DNA from: an uncultured bacterium
Lineage (GTDB): Bacteria > Patescibacteriota > Kazan-3B-28
Direction of reading: 5' to 3'
Assembly: GCA_963695435.1 (NCBI GenBank)
Contig: OY968788.1
Location: 477,456 to 541,455 of the forward strand
DNA: 64,000 nucleotides
Shown: positions 51,065-60,108 of the stretch, piece after piece
Layout of the letters: each line of letters opens with the position of its first letter
Position numbering within the stretch: position 1 is the stretch's first letter
Notes under the pieces: generated by a model
What the model saw: the letters and a program-made list of their open reading frames with translations, nothing else
Databases searched by the model: none
Told to the model about the DNA's origin: nothing
Program-made: the position numbers and the translations under genes

Positions 51065-51598
51065 ATGAATCTACGACAGATAACTGACATCCATCAACTA
51101 CCCGTGCTTGATCTAGAAACTGGTGAAATGCTCGGGGAGGTTGTTAGTTGGCTGATTAACCCCGTTCAGCAAAAGCTGGTCGCGTTTACGCTGACCAAGT
51201 TTGGCGCGTGGCAAAAAATGAAAGTGGTCGTTCCGTCCGACATCGTAGAGTACGCTCCAAAAATGATAGTGGTGCAGACTCAAAGCGCGATAATCACTCC
51301 GGATGAAATCGCGGGGTTATTGGAATTGATAGACAACCGCATGGAGCTAACTGGATTTCGGGCGGAAACTGAAAACGGCAAGTTGATTGGCACGGTGTCT
51401 GATTTTGTGTTTGATGTCATAGGCTCAACCATTCAGCAATACTATATTCAGCCGCCAACTGTTTTGGGGGCGCTTAGTAGTGACTGGATTTTGCCGGCGG
51501 ATCGGGTAACGCGAATTGAAAAAAATCGGCTGGTGTTCCCAGACGATATTTTAATGGTAACGAGACCTGTAACCCAACACCAAACTCAAACAACTTGA
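51065..51598 (+). CDS. Tandem PRC-barrel protein
   Basis: Two repeats LPVLD..TGEMLGEV and AETENGKLIGTVSDFVFD. GGAGG RBS. Confidence 0.85.
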   Translation: MNLRQITDIHQLPVLDLETGEMLGEVVSWLINPVQQKLVAFTLTKFGAWQKMKVVVPSDIVEYAPKMIVVQTQSAIITPDEIAGLLELIDNRMELTGFRAETENGKLIGTVSDFVFDVIGSTIQQYYIQPPTVLGALSSDWILPADRVTRIEKNRLVFPDDILMVTRPVTQHQTQTT

Positions 51599-51599
51599 T

Positions 51600-52301
51600 T
51601 TAGGCTACTTTTACGATACCCAATTTTACCAGCTCGGCACGAGCCACGCGGTAGCGGGGGATAGTCTGAAGTTTTTGAAGTTCCTTTTTCACGACATTGG
51701 GAGAAACTTTTTTAAGAAGCCCTCCGCTGATTTGAATAGCCGCCCAGGTCGCATTGTCGTATTTGAACCCAAGTAAATGACGAAATCGAATTGCCCTAAG
51801 AATTCGGATAGGGTCTTCCTGGAAACGAATCATCGGGTCACCGATAATGCGAATTCGTTTTTTCTTGATATCCTCCATACCTCCCACATAGTCTAAGTAC
51901 TTCCCAGTTTTGGGGTTCAAGTAAATGGCGTTGACGGTGAGGTCTCGGCGGGGTGCGTCTTGGGCGGCGACTGACACAAATTTAATTTCATCGGGGTAGC
52001 GTTTGACCAGCTCTAATTCCTGACGATAAATATCATGACGAAAAGTAGTAATTTCAAAATGAAGTTGGGCATAGGTGAAAGACACCACACCAAATTTCTC
52101 ATCGACAATAGTGGGGGTAATATTGTTGCGCTCTAATACTTTTACCACTTGGTTTGGACGAGCACTGGTGGCAATATCAACATCGGCTCGGTCTGATTCA
52201 ATGCCAAGCAAACGATCGCGGACTTGGTTACCCACCAAGTATGAAGAGTGACCGGCATCCTGTAGCCAAAAAACTGGAGTGTTGATATCTGGTTTACGCA
52301 T
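51600..52301 (-). CDS. Short class II tRNA nucleotidyltransferase (CCA-adding/polyA polymerase family)
   Basis: VRD..LG...DVDIAT, EITTFR, RRDLTVNA and EDPIRILRAIRF. About 233 aa. Confidence 0.88.
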   Translation of the reverse strand: MRKPDINTPVFWLQDAGHSSYLVGNQVRDRLLGIESDRADVDIATSARPNQVVKVLERNNITPTIVDEKFGVVSFTYAQLHFEITTFRHDIYRQELELVKRYPDEIKFVSVAAQDAPRRDLTVNAIYLNPKTGKYLDYVGGMEDIKKKRIRIIGDPMIRFQEDPIRILRAIRFRHLLGFKYDNATWAAIQISGGLLKKVSPNVVKKELQKLQTIPRYRVARAELVKLGIVKVA

Positions 52302-53076
52302 TGAGGTTGAATAGAGTTCGGGCATTGCGGGTGGTAATTTCCTCCACCTCGCTTATAGGCACATCTTTAATTTCGGCTATTTTGCGGGCAACATCAACCA
52401 CATTGATAGGTTCTGACCGTTCTCCCTTGAGGTGGAGAGGGGGGAGGAAGGGGCAATCGGTCTCCAGAACCATCCTATCTAAACTGATAATTTTTACCGC
52501 TTCTACCAGAGAAGCGTTTTGGGGATAAGTTACTAAATTATTTATTCCGATGAAAAAACCAAGCTTCAGGAATTGCTGGGCGTAGGCAGGGCCGGCAGCA
52601 AAAGAATGAATGACACCGGGGATGCGACCCCCAAGACGCGGGATGTATTCGCTTTCGAGTAGCGCCAACATTTCGGTGTAGGCATCTCGGCAGTGTAAGA
52701 TCACTGGTTTACCGACTTGCAGAGCCAAATCTAGCTGGGCGGTGAAGGCGGCAACTTGCTGATCGTGAGCAGAAAGATTGCGAAAGTAGTCCAGACCAAT
52801 TTCGCCGATAGCCACAACCTTGGGTTGGCGAGCAAGCTGTTTGAGTCCGCCTAGTTCTTGTTCCCATCGGTCAGCGTAGTGAGGGTGCAGACCAGCCGTA
52901 GCGTATATATTAGTGTAACGGGATGCTAAATTGATTGACTCATTTGAGGTAGCGAGGTCGGTACCGACATTGATAATCGTTGTTAGCCCTTCGTCCCATG
53001 CTCGGTCAATTACCACCTCAAGGTCGGGATGGAATTGGGAGAAGTTGAGGTGGGCGTGGGTATCGATAATATCCAT
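52294..53076 (-). CDS. tatD: TatD family hydrolase
   Basis: DTHAH, GLHP, IGEIGLDY, HCR and LETDCPFL. Confidence 0.95.
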   Translation of the reverse strand: MDIIDTHAHLNFSQFHPDLEVVIDRAWDEGLTTIINVGTDLATSNESINLASRYTNIYATAGLHPHYADRWEQELGGLKQLARQPKVVAIGEIGLDYFRNLSAHDQQVAAFTAQLDLALQVGKPVILHCRDAYTEMLALLESEYIPRLGGRIPGVIHSFAAGPAYAQQFLKLGFFIGINNLVTYPQNASLVEAVKIISLDRMVLETDCPFLPPLHLKGERSEPINVVDVARKIAEIKDVPISEVEEITTRNARTLFNLNA

Positions 53077-53082
53077 AGCTCT

Positions 53083-53931
53083 TTATTTTAGCAGGGTAAT
53101 CCAAACTACCAAGCCGATGATTATCGTACTTGCAATGATGGTTTTTGAATGCAATTTTTCTTTTAGAAAAACTGCCGAGAGCCAATAAACCAGAATAGGG
53201 GAGAGAGTAAAGACAAATAAGGTCTCTGACAGCCCCCGCAATTTGAAGGCGGAATAAGTTGCCCATACCGAAACCACTATTAAGCCTCCGATCGCGCCGA
53301 ACCATTTCAAATGATGTGGTTTGATAACGGAAAGACGCGGTTTAATTACAATAGCCAGAATAATCAGTATAAACACACATCGGACAAAGTAGAGAGTTAG
53401 CGGGTCCCAAACTCCCAGTAAACGCTTCAAGAAGACTAACTCTAGACCGCTAAGAACTATATAGGCTAATATCGCAAGTAATCCATCGCTTAGGGCAACT
53501 TGATGGCGTCTGTAATGACTCCACAGAAGAACTACACTAGCGATTGCTATGGCGATATAAACTTGTATAAACCGCTCGCTGGGGTAAAAAATTCCTGCAA
53601 TCAGAATACCCGCCAAAGGACCGAACAACAGAAATGGTTCAATCTCGGAGATTTTTTCGCGTTCCAACCCCCAATAAAACAAAGTGTTGTGAAGACAGGC
53701 TAAAATTACTGCTCCCAGAAGCCATGGCGCGGTGCGCACAACTTCTGACCAAACCGGCAATTCACCAATGAACGGCATCAGCACAGCCAGTATTACAACG
53801 ATGGACGCGAACATGAACCAGTTGAACTCGCGACTGCTAAACCGACCAAAGCGTCGTAAAAAGGCTTTGGTAATAGTTAGATAAATAGCGTCAGTAACGA
53901 CCCCTATCAGTGGCAAGAGCACAACTGGCAT
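53083..53931 (-). CDS. EamA/DMT family transporter
   Basis: About ten TMs in two repeats, with FLKEK. Confidence 0.82.
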   Translation of the reverse strand: MPVVLLPLIGVVTDAIYLTITKAFLRRFGRFSSREFNWFMFASIVVILAVLMPFIGELPVWSEVVRTAPWLLGAVILACLHNTLFYWGLEREKISEIEPFLLFGPLAGILIAGIFYPSERFIQVYIAIAIASVVLLWSHYRRHQVALSDGLLAILAYIVLSGLELVFLKRLLGVWDPLTLYFVRCVFILIILAIVIKPRLSVIKPHHLKWFGAIGGLIVVSVWATYSAFKLRGLSETLFVFTLSPILVYWLSAVFLKEKLHSKTIIASTIIIGLVVWITLLK

Positions 53932-55439
53932 TATTTATCCTCCTGTTTGGGAAAAAGGATTTCGGACTGTCCTAGCTTGTGTCCTTCCGGCAATCCGCCC
54001 CATTGAATTTCTTTTTCAAAATCGAAATTGTCGGGATCAATTGGGCCGAGGCCGAGTTGCTTTCTAATTCGATCAGAAGTTTCGGGCAGGAAGGGATAAA
54101 GCATAATACTAATATGACGTAACCCTTCCAGAAGATTGTAGATGGCGTTTTCCGCCTGAACAGCATCGGTTTTAATCGTTACCCACGGTTTCCGACAATC
54201 AACATAGCCATTGAGTCCGCTAATGTACAGCCAGATTTCGTATATACACTGCTGGAGATCTAGACTGTCCCAAAATCTTCTGTAGTGTCCCCAAATTTTT
54301 TTCGTTACGACCTCATCTTCAAAGATTTTCGGCACTTGATTACTAGTAATAGTTGACGCCAATTTCAGAACTCGGCTCAACAGATTGCCAAGATCATTGG
54401 CTAGCGCAGAATTGTACGATTCAACAAATCGAGAGGACGAATAATCACCATCATCATCGGTGGGGATTTCCCCCAGTAGGTAATACCGCACCGCGTCGGC
54501 TCCCCATTTGTCGATGAGTTCAATTGGGTCAATTACGTTACCCACCGACTTGCTCATTTTTTGCCCACCAGAAAGAATGTGGCCGTGCACCAGAATTTTT
54601 TTGGGTAAATCGATCCCCGCACCAAGCAGCATTGCCGGCCAATAGATAGTGTGAAATTTTAGGATATCTTTGCCAATAATATGGAGATCGGCAGGCCAGT
54701 ATTTTTTGTACTTATCGTCTGGATATCCCAACGCGCTAATGTAATTGGTTAGGGCGTCACACCATACATACATTACTTGCGAGTCGTCGCTTGGCACCGG
54801 AATGCCCCACGGCATTTTGTCTTTGGGGCGAGAAAAGCTGATGTCGGTAAGACCGGCATCAATAAAGTTGAGGGTTTCTTTGGCGCGATGTTCGGGAACA
54901 ATTACCAGACTTTTGCCAACTGCCTTTTTTAGGCCTTCAGTATATTTACCAAGCTTAAAAAGATAATTGTCTTCTTCCAGCTCGATTACTTTTTTGTCGG
55001 CGTACGCGCCTGACTCGTAATCGGTCTTGGTAATGTAGGATTCGTCGTTGACGGAGTAGTACCCTTTGTAGTGACCTTTTTCGATATCACCGTTGGCTGA
55101 TAATTTTTCCCACAAAGCTTGAGCCGCCGGCCAGTGACGCTTTTCGTCAGTTGTACGAATAAAATCGGTGTAAGAAATGTTGAGGCGGTGAGCAAGATCT
55201 TTGACGCTTCCCGTTATCTCATCTACGAACTGCTGGGGCTCCTTGCCCTCTTCCTGTGCCTTCTGATAGATTTTGACGCCGTGTTCGTCTGTGCCAGTCA
55301 GAAAATAGACATCACGCCCCTGAAGTCTCTGCCAGCGGGCAATGGCATCTGCCTGTGCCAACTCCAAAGCGAAGCCAATATGAGGCTTGGCGTTGGTATA
55401 GACGAGTGAGGTGGTGAGGTAGAACTTGTCTTTAGGCAT
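53931..55439 (-). CDS. metG: Methionyl-tRNA synthetase
   Basis: PHIG, GTDEHG, YVWCDAL and KMSKS. Confidence 0.97.
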   Translation of the reverse strand: MPKDKFYLTTSLVYTNAKPHIGFALELAQADAIARWQRLQGRDVYFLTGTDEHGVKIYQKAQEEGKEPQQFVDEITGSVKDLAHRLNISYTDFIRTTDEKRHWPAAQALWEKLSANGDIEKGHYKGYYSVNDESYITKTDYESGAYADKKVIELEEDNYLFKLGKYTEGLKKAVGKSLVIVPEHRAKETLNFIDAGLTDISFSRPKDKMPWGIPVPSDDSQVMYVWCDALTNYISALGYPDDKYKKYWPADLHIIGKDILKFHTIYWPAMLLGAGIDLPKKILVHGHILSGGQKMSKSVGNVIDPIELIDKWGADAVRYYLLGEIPTDDDGDYSSSRFVESYNSALANDLGNLLSRVLKLASTITSNQVPKIFEDEVVTKKIWGHYRRFWDSLDLQQCIYEIWLYISGLNGYVDCRKPWVTIKTDAVQAENAIYNLLEGLRHISIMLYPFLPETSDRIRKQLGLGPIDPDNFDFEKEIQWGGLPEGHKLGQSEILFPKQEDK

Positions 55440-55493
55440 GGTAGGTCAGCACAGCCTTTATTATAAGGGGTTTGAGGATACAATAAAAACGGT

Positions 55494-56120
55494 ATGGAAA
55501 TCACCAAAATCAGCGTCCAGGCGCGCAACCCCGAGCGGGTCAACCTGTATGTGGATGGTAAATTTTATCGCGGGTTAGACCGGCTGGTGGCTTTGAAGTT
55601 GGGACTGAAGTCCGGGCTGACCCTCAACCCCCAATTAATCGATAGACTCGAAACTACTCAAAGCGAAAATAGTGCATGGGAGTGGGCACTGCGCAGCTTG
55701 CAGGTCAGCCCGAAGTCAGTTCGGGATATGCGAATGAAGTTGAAACGCAAATTTGAGCCGGAGCTGGTTGAATCAATAATGAAAAAGCTGGAGGATGCCG
55801 ATTTGCTCAATGACGAAAGATTCGCGGAACGGTTGGTTGGTGATTTGATTCGGCGCGGGACGAAAAGCAAAAAGGAAATTGCGTTGAAGCTAAGGCAGAA
55901 GGGGATAGCGGATAATGTTACCAAGCAAGCTTTGGATCAAGTTGAGTCTGACGCGGACGCGGCACTGAAGCTGGCTCTTATTAAAAATCGGAGCCTAAAG
56001 GAAGACTTGTCGTGGCGAGAACGATATGAAAAAATTGCGAGCTACTTAGCCCGCAAAGGATTCCCCTATGCCGATATCCGCAAAACGGTCACCAAAGAAA
56101 ATCTAGACCTAAACGCCTAG
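55494..56120 (+). CDS. recX: Regulatory protein RecX
   Basis: LLNDERFAE, KLRQKGI and YLARKGF. Confidence 0.9.
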   Translation: MEITKISVQARNPERVNLYVDGKFYRGLDRLVALKLGLKSGLTLNPQLIDRLETTQSENSAWEWALRSLQVSPKSVRDMRMKLKRKFEPELVESIMKKLEDADLLNDERFAERLVGDLIRRGTKSKKEIALKLRQKGIADNVTKQALDQVESDADAALKLALIKNRSLKEDLSWRERYEKIASYLARKGFPYADIRKTVTKENLDLNA

Positions 56121-56378
56121 TATTTTTTCTATTTGCGTTTGGTCAAACCCCACTACCACTCGTTCTAGTTTCTGACCAGCGCCATTTTGTAATTCAATAA
56201 TACTTACCGGAACATGCATCTGCTGGCTTTTTTCAACCATGGTCCGGCGAGCATCCAAATCACTCATGATATCGCGTTCCTCAAAACTAATGTTGCGTTG
56301 AGTTAGCCAGTCCATCAAAGCATGGCAGTAGTGGCAAGTGGGGGAGGAGAACACAGTATATTTGGCGAGTTGGTTCAT
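56109..56378 (-). CDS. Glutaredoxin/NrdH-like protein
   Basis: CHYC, HVPV and VGFD. Confidence 0.88.
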   Translation of the reverse strand: MNQLAKYTVFSSPTCHYCHALMDWLTQRNISFEERDIMSDLDARRTMVEKSQQMHVPVSIIELQNGAGQKLERVVVGFDQTQIEKILGV

Positions 56379-56381
56379 GGT

Positions 56382-57290
56382 TTAGAGTTTGGCTTGAATA
56401 TAGTCGTAGGCTGACAATGCCGCCTTTGCTCCTTCGCCGGCGGCGATAATCATTTGCTTATAAGGAACTGTGGTGGCGTCGCCAGCGGCAAAAATGCCTG
56501 CGCAGGATGTTTTGCCGAATTGGTCAGCAACAATTTCACCTGTCGGGCTAAGGTTTACCAGCCCCTTAAGAAATTCTGATTTAACTGTATGGCCGATGGC
56601 GATGAATATGCCCTCGACCGGTAGTTTCTTTTCTCCCTCGGGAGTATCAATAGTAATTCCCTCGACAAATTTATCACCGACAATCTCCTTGACCGTAGCG
56701 TTCATGACTATCTCAACTTTCGGACTTTGTTTTACCTTCTCGACAAGCATCGGCTCGGCAGAGAACTTATCACCACGATGAACCAAATAAATTTTATTGG
56801 CAACCGGTATTAGTACGGTTGTGGAATACATTGCTCCGTTGCCCCCACCAATTACTGCTACTGGCTTTCCCTCAAAGAACGGGGCATCACAAGTGGCGCA
56901 GTAAACTACACCTTTATTCAAAAATTCTTTTTCTCCTGGCACATCCAAATGACGGTGCTCACTGCCGAACGCCAAAATGATCGCTTTGGCTTGGTAAGTA
57001 TTACTGGGAGTTTGGACAGAAAACCCTTCGGCGGTTTTGGTGACTGAAGTAATTTCATCGGCAACAATTTGAGCGCCAAATTTTTTCGCTTGTGCGGTAA
57101 ATTGGTTCATCAACTCTGGTCCGGTGATTGAATCTACACCCGGATAATTTTCTATGCTCAATGTGGTACTGGCTTGCCCGCCAATTTCTTTGCCAATGAC
57201 CAGTGCTGATAATTTACGGCGACCGGCATAAAGCGCGGCAGTCAGACCTGCGGCGCCAGCGCCGACAACGATTATGTCGTAGCTATTCAT
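56382..57290 (-). CDS. trxB: Thioredoxin reductase
   Basis: GAGAAG, IENYPG, CATCD and GIFAAGD. Confidence 0.93.
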   Translation of the reverse strand: MNSYDIIVVGAGAAGLTAALYAGRRKLSALVIGKEIGGQASTTLSIENYPGVDSITGPELMNQFTAQAKKFGAQIVADEITSVTKTAEGFSVQTPSNTYQAKAIILAFGSEHRHLDVPGEKEFLNKGVVYCATCDAPFFEGKPVAVIGGGNGAMYSTTVLIPVANKIYLVHRGDKFSAEPMLVEKVKQSPKVEIVMNATVKEIVGDKFVEGITIDTPEGEKKLPVEGIFIAIGHTVKSEFLKGLVNLSPTGEIVADQFGKTSCAGIFAAGDATTVPYKQMIIAAGEGAKAALSAYDYIQAKL

Positions 57291-57314
57291 ATGAAGCCAT
57301 TATAGCAGGATCGC

Positions 57315-57340
57315 AAAACCCCGCCGACTGGCGGGGTTTT
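57315..57340. terminator. Bidirectional terminator
   Basis: AAAACCCCGCC...GGCGGGGTTTT. Confidence 0.75.
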
Positions 57341-57367
57341 GGCTAATAGTTGGTTTAAGTCTTGAGA

Positions 57368-57610
57368 CTAAAATTCTTCTTCTTCATCCTCTTCTTCATC
57401 TACAAGGTTGGAGGACGCGATAATATTGTCTCCCTCTCCTTCTTCGCCAATGACCTTTGAAATTGGCACAGCGGTGTCTTCTTCCTCACCAATTGTTTCT
57501 TCGGCATCATCGTGAATGGTTGGAGCGGAAGTGTTGTCGGTATAGTCACTGTCGCCAGGGTTACCCATAGGCTTCTGGTCGGCAGTAATTGGATTCAAAT
57601 CTTCATCCAT
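57368..57610 (-). CDS. Small highly acidic disordered protein
   Basis: MDEDLNP...DEEEDEEEEF, with its own promoter and terminator. Confidence 0.65.
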   Translation of the reverse strand: MDEDLNPITADQKPMGNPGDSDYTDNTSAPTIHDDAEETIGEEEDTAVPISKVIGEEGEGDNIIASSNLVDEEEDEEEEF

Positions 57611-57713
57611 AAGTTTGTTCTTTTTGATTAGATATTTAACTAGTTGTCTCGACCCTCGAGCACACGCCAAAAAGTTCAGCCGTGTGCAAATTACTTTTTA
57701 CATACAATGCCGA

Positions 57714-57742
57714 GTTTATAGATACCCCTAGGGGGTGTCAAT
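57714..57742 (-). promoter_or_regulatory. Sigma70 promoter containing a CsoR-like operator
   Basis: TTGACA-17bp-TAAACT. The spacer holds ATACCCCTAGGGGGTG (plus strand). Confidence 0.6.
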
Positions 57743-57755
57743 AGTGATTTTTCGT

Positions 57756-57922
57756 TGGTAGCCCGACGGGACATGTTTCCCCATTGCTATGGGGCCCCGC
57801 CGTTCGCCGCATTAGGGTAAACCCAACAAATTTATAGAGCGGTCTCACGCACGAACCCATGCTTCGCAGGGTTCGACTCTTGGTTGACCACCAAAAAACT
57901 CCGATGAATCGGAGTTTTTCGC
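57756..57922. mobile_element. tRNA-3'-associated mini-element, copy 1 (at tRNA-Glu)
   Basis: Bounded by a near-duplicate of the tRNA-Glu 3' end. ~90-bp core is near-identical to 59414-59503. Confidence 0.7.
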
Positions 57923-57997
57923 TGGTAGCCCCAACGGGAGTCGAACCCGTCTTTTCAGATTGAAAATCTGACGTCCTAACCGATAGACGATGGGGCC
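57923..57997 (-). tRNA. tRNA-Glu(TTC)
   Basis: Cloverleaf, loop TTTTCAA, CCA. Confidence 0.95.
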
Positions 57998-58177
57998 TCG
58001 TCGCAACAGTGTCGCTCTGACGGTCAGCTCGGCAAGTTCGCTGACCTATTGAAGCTTCACGTTGCTCCTCTCGAATTCACAAACAGCCTACGGCTTGGTT
58101 TGTGAATTCGGATTTTTTGCTCAAACCTAAAATAACAAGTTTGAACAATCGCGAGGAATTCTCTGAATGTTAAGTTC

Positions 58178-58252
58178 TGGTGGGCGCAGGAGGATTCGGA
58201 CCTCCAACCAACTGCTTAAGAGGCAGCTGCTCTACCATTGAGCTATGCACCC
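58178..58252 (-). tRNA. tRNA-Lys(CTT)
   Basis: Loop CTCTTAA, CCA. Confidence 0.95.
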
Positions 58253-58448
58253 TCGTCAGAATGGACTCGACCTTACGCTAACACCTTCGACAAGCTCAGG
58301 GTTGCTTTTAGCCTCGTCATTCCTCCTTTCAAAATCACAAACAGTCGCTTCGCTCCTTGGTTTGTGATTTTGTGTTTGGGTTTTCAAACTAATCCCGATC
58401 CCGAATCTAGCTGGTCTGCAAATCGTCTGCGACGATTCTCGTTCCAAC

Positions 58449-58525
58449 TGGCGCCCCGGGCAGGGATCGGACCTGCGACCTACTGCTTAGAAGGCAGTCG
58501 CTCTAATCCACTGAGCTACCGGGGC
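58449..58525 (-). tRNA. tRNA-Arg(TCT)
   Basis: Loop CTTCTAA, CCA. Confidence 0.95.
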
Positions 58526-58557
58526 AAATTATATCAACTTATCAATGTTGTCTGCAG

Positions 58558-58633
58558 TGGGGTGAGCGACGCGGATCGAACGCGCGACCGCCTGGACCAC
58601 AACCAGGAGCTCTACCACTGAGCTACGCTCACC
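58558..58633 (-). tRNA. tRNA-His(GTG)
   Basis: Loop TTGTGGT, G-1:C73, CCA. Confidence 0.95.
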
Positions 58634-58717
58634 CCACTAAAGACAACTTATTAATTTCCGATGTAGTTTACCTACTTCTTGACCTCACTACAATGCCCTC
58701 AAATTTAACATACTTCA

Positions 58718-58794
58718 TGGTACCCCCGACAGGATTTGAACCTGTGGCCTTTGGAACCGGAATCCAACGCTCTAATCCACTGAGCTACGGGGGC
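58718..58794 (-). tRNA. tRNA-Arg(CCG)
   Basis: Loop TTCCGGT, CCA. Confidence 0.95.
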
Positions 58795-58890
58795 TAAGAC
58801 ATACGCAAATACATTATCAGTCTAGCACAGCAATTTCAATAAAAATTCCGCCGTGAAGCGGAAAAGTAGGTTGGCAACTATTTGGATATG

Positions 58891-59274
58891 TTAGCAAATG
58901 GGGGAGTGAGTTTCCAGTTGCTTCAATGCGGATTGCATTTCAGCTTTGGTCATTACAAAAAACTGGAGAAAACCTAGTTGCGAAACTTTTAGCCCACGGA
59001 AGATACTTTTACATTCTCTCTCAACCCTTCTTTCCGTCCACTGGGGATAGAGCTCATGCAGGAGCTCATGAATCAGGGTGATAACGCGGTCGTTGATGCC
59101 AATAGCCTTATTAATGTAGATTTTCAATTCATCCGGAACGATGTACCCTTTCGCCCCTCGAGACCGAGCTTGGCTTTTTTTGGGGAGAAGTTTATTTACC
59201 AATATCACCCGATAGCCCGACTGGACTAGGGTACTTTTTAATTTGTTAAAGATAGTTTTTGTGTTGGTTTTCAT
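58891..59274 (-). CDS. Small HExxH zincin-like protein
   Basis: IYINK...RVITLIHELLH. TTGACG-17-TATAAT promoter at 59348-59320. Confidence 0.75.
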   Translation of the reverse strand: MKTNTKTIFNKLKSTLVQSGYRVILVNKLLPKKSQARSRGAKGYIVPDELKIYINKAIGINDRVITLIHELLHELYPQWTERRVERECKSIFRGLKVSQLGFLQFFVMTKAEMQSALKQLETHSPIC

Positions 59275-59395
59275 TTTTACTTCAAGGAAGTGGCCCCCGA
59301 AGGTTTTAACTATTATTTGATTATATCATAAAAACCTCACTCCGTCAAGGGTAGGAATACTGGCTCTGGGAGTGTTATCCACACAAATTTGATTC

Positions 59396-59570
59396 TGGAG
59401 CGGGTAGGGGGAAATGTATCCCCATTGCTATGGGGCCCCGCCGTTCGCCGCATTAGGGTAAACCCAACAAATTTATAGAGCAGTCTCACGCACGAACCCA
59501 TGCCTTCGGCAGAATGCGACTGCGCACTACATTCTCCAACGCAAAAATCGGGGCAAGCCCGATTTCGCGT
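59396..59570. mobile_element. tRNA-3'-associated mini-element, copy 2 (at tRNA-Gly)
   Basis: Exact 17-bp duplication TGGAGCGGGTAGGGGGA of the tRNA-Gly 3' end. Same core as copy 1. Confidence 0.72.
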
Positions 59571-59645
59571 TGGAGCGGGTAGGGGGAGTCGAACCCCCGT
59601 CGCCAGTTTGGAAAACTGGAATAATAACCGTTATACGACACCCGC
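59571..59645 (-). tRNA. tRNA-Gly(TCC)
   Basis: Loop TTTCCAA, CCA. Confidence 0.93.
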
Positions 59646-59702
59646 ACTTCGTTGGATTCTTGCAGGAACCCCCATTAGAATACCAAACACATTGCACAAC
59701 AT

Positions 59703-59731
59703 AAAACTCTTGCCTCTACAGGCAAGAGTTT
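59703..59731 (-). terminator. Terminator of hup
   Basis: AAACTCTTGCCT...AGGCAAGAGTTT. Confidence 0.75.
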
Positions 59732-59755
59732 CGCTTTATTCAAAAATTCCTAGAT

Positions 59756-60028
59756 TTAGCCAATCAGCTTGCGTAGGTCCTTACCTGCCTTGAAGCGGGG
59801 GACTTTGCTAGCTGGGATTTTGATAGCCTTACCAGTCTGCGGGTTGACCCCATTGCGTGAAGCCCTAGAGCTCACGGAAAAAGTCCCGAAACCGGTGATG
59901 GTGACCTTCTTGCCTTTGACCAAATTGTCCTTGATGCTGTCGACGAAAAGGTCTACAGCGCGAGTAGCTGACTTCTTGGACAAATTAGCCTTGCTGGCAA
60001 TCAGTTCGATTAATTGCGACTTATTCAT
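59756..60028 (-). CDS. hup: DNA-binding protein HU
   Basis: MNKSQLI, GFGTF, NPQTG and PRFKAGK. GGAGG RBS. Confidence 0.97.
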   Translation of the reverse strand: MNKSQLIELIASKANLSKKSATRAVDLFVDSIKDNLVKGKKVTITGFGTFSVSSRASRNGVNPQTGKAIKIPASKVPRFKAGKDLRKLIG

Positions 60029-60108
60029 TCCACCTCCCGATGGGTCAAAACCAATATCGACCCCATTGTAGAAAGCCACGCCCAATCTGTCAAATACTTT
60101 TTTTGGGC

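Noticed and set aside
57869-57892. Extra tRNA on the plus strand (GGTTCGACT...ACCA)
   Set aside because: No D or anticodon arm. It is part of the mini-element.
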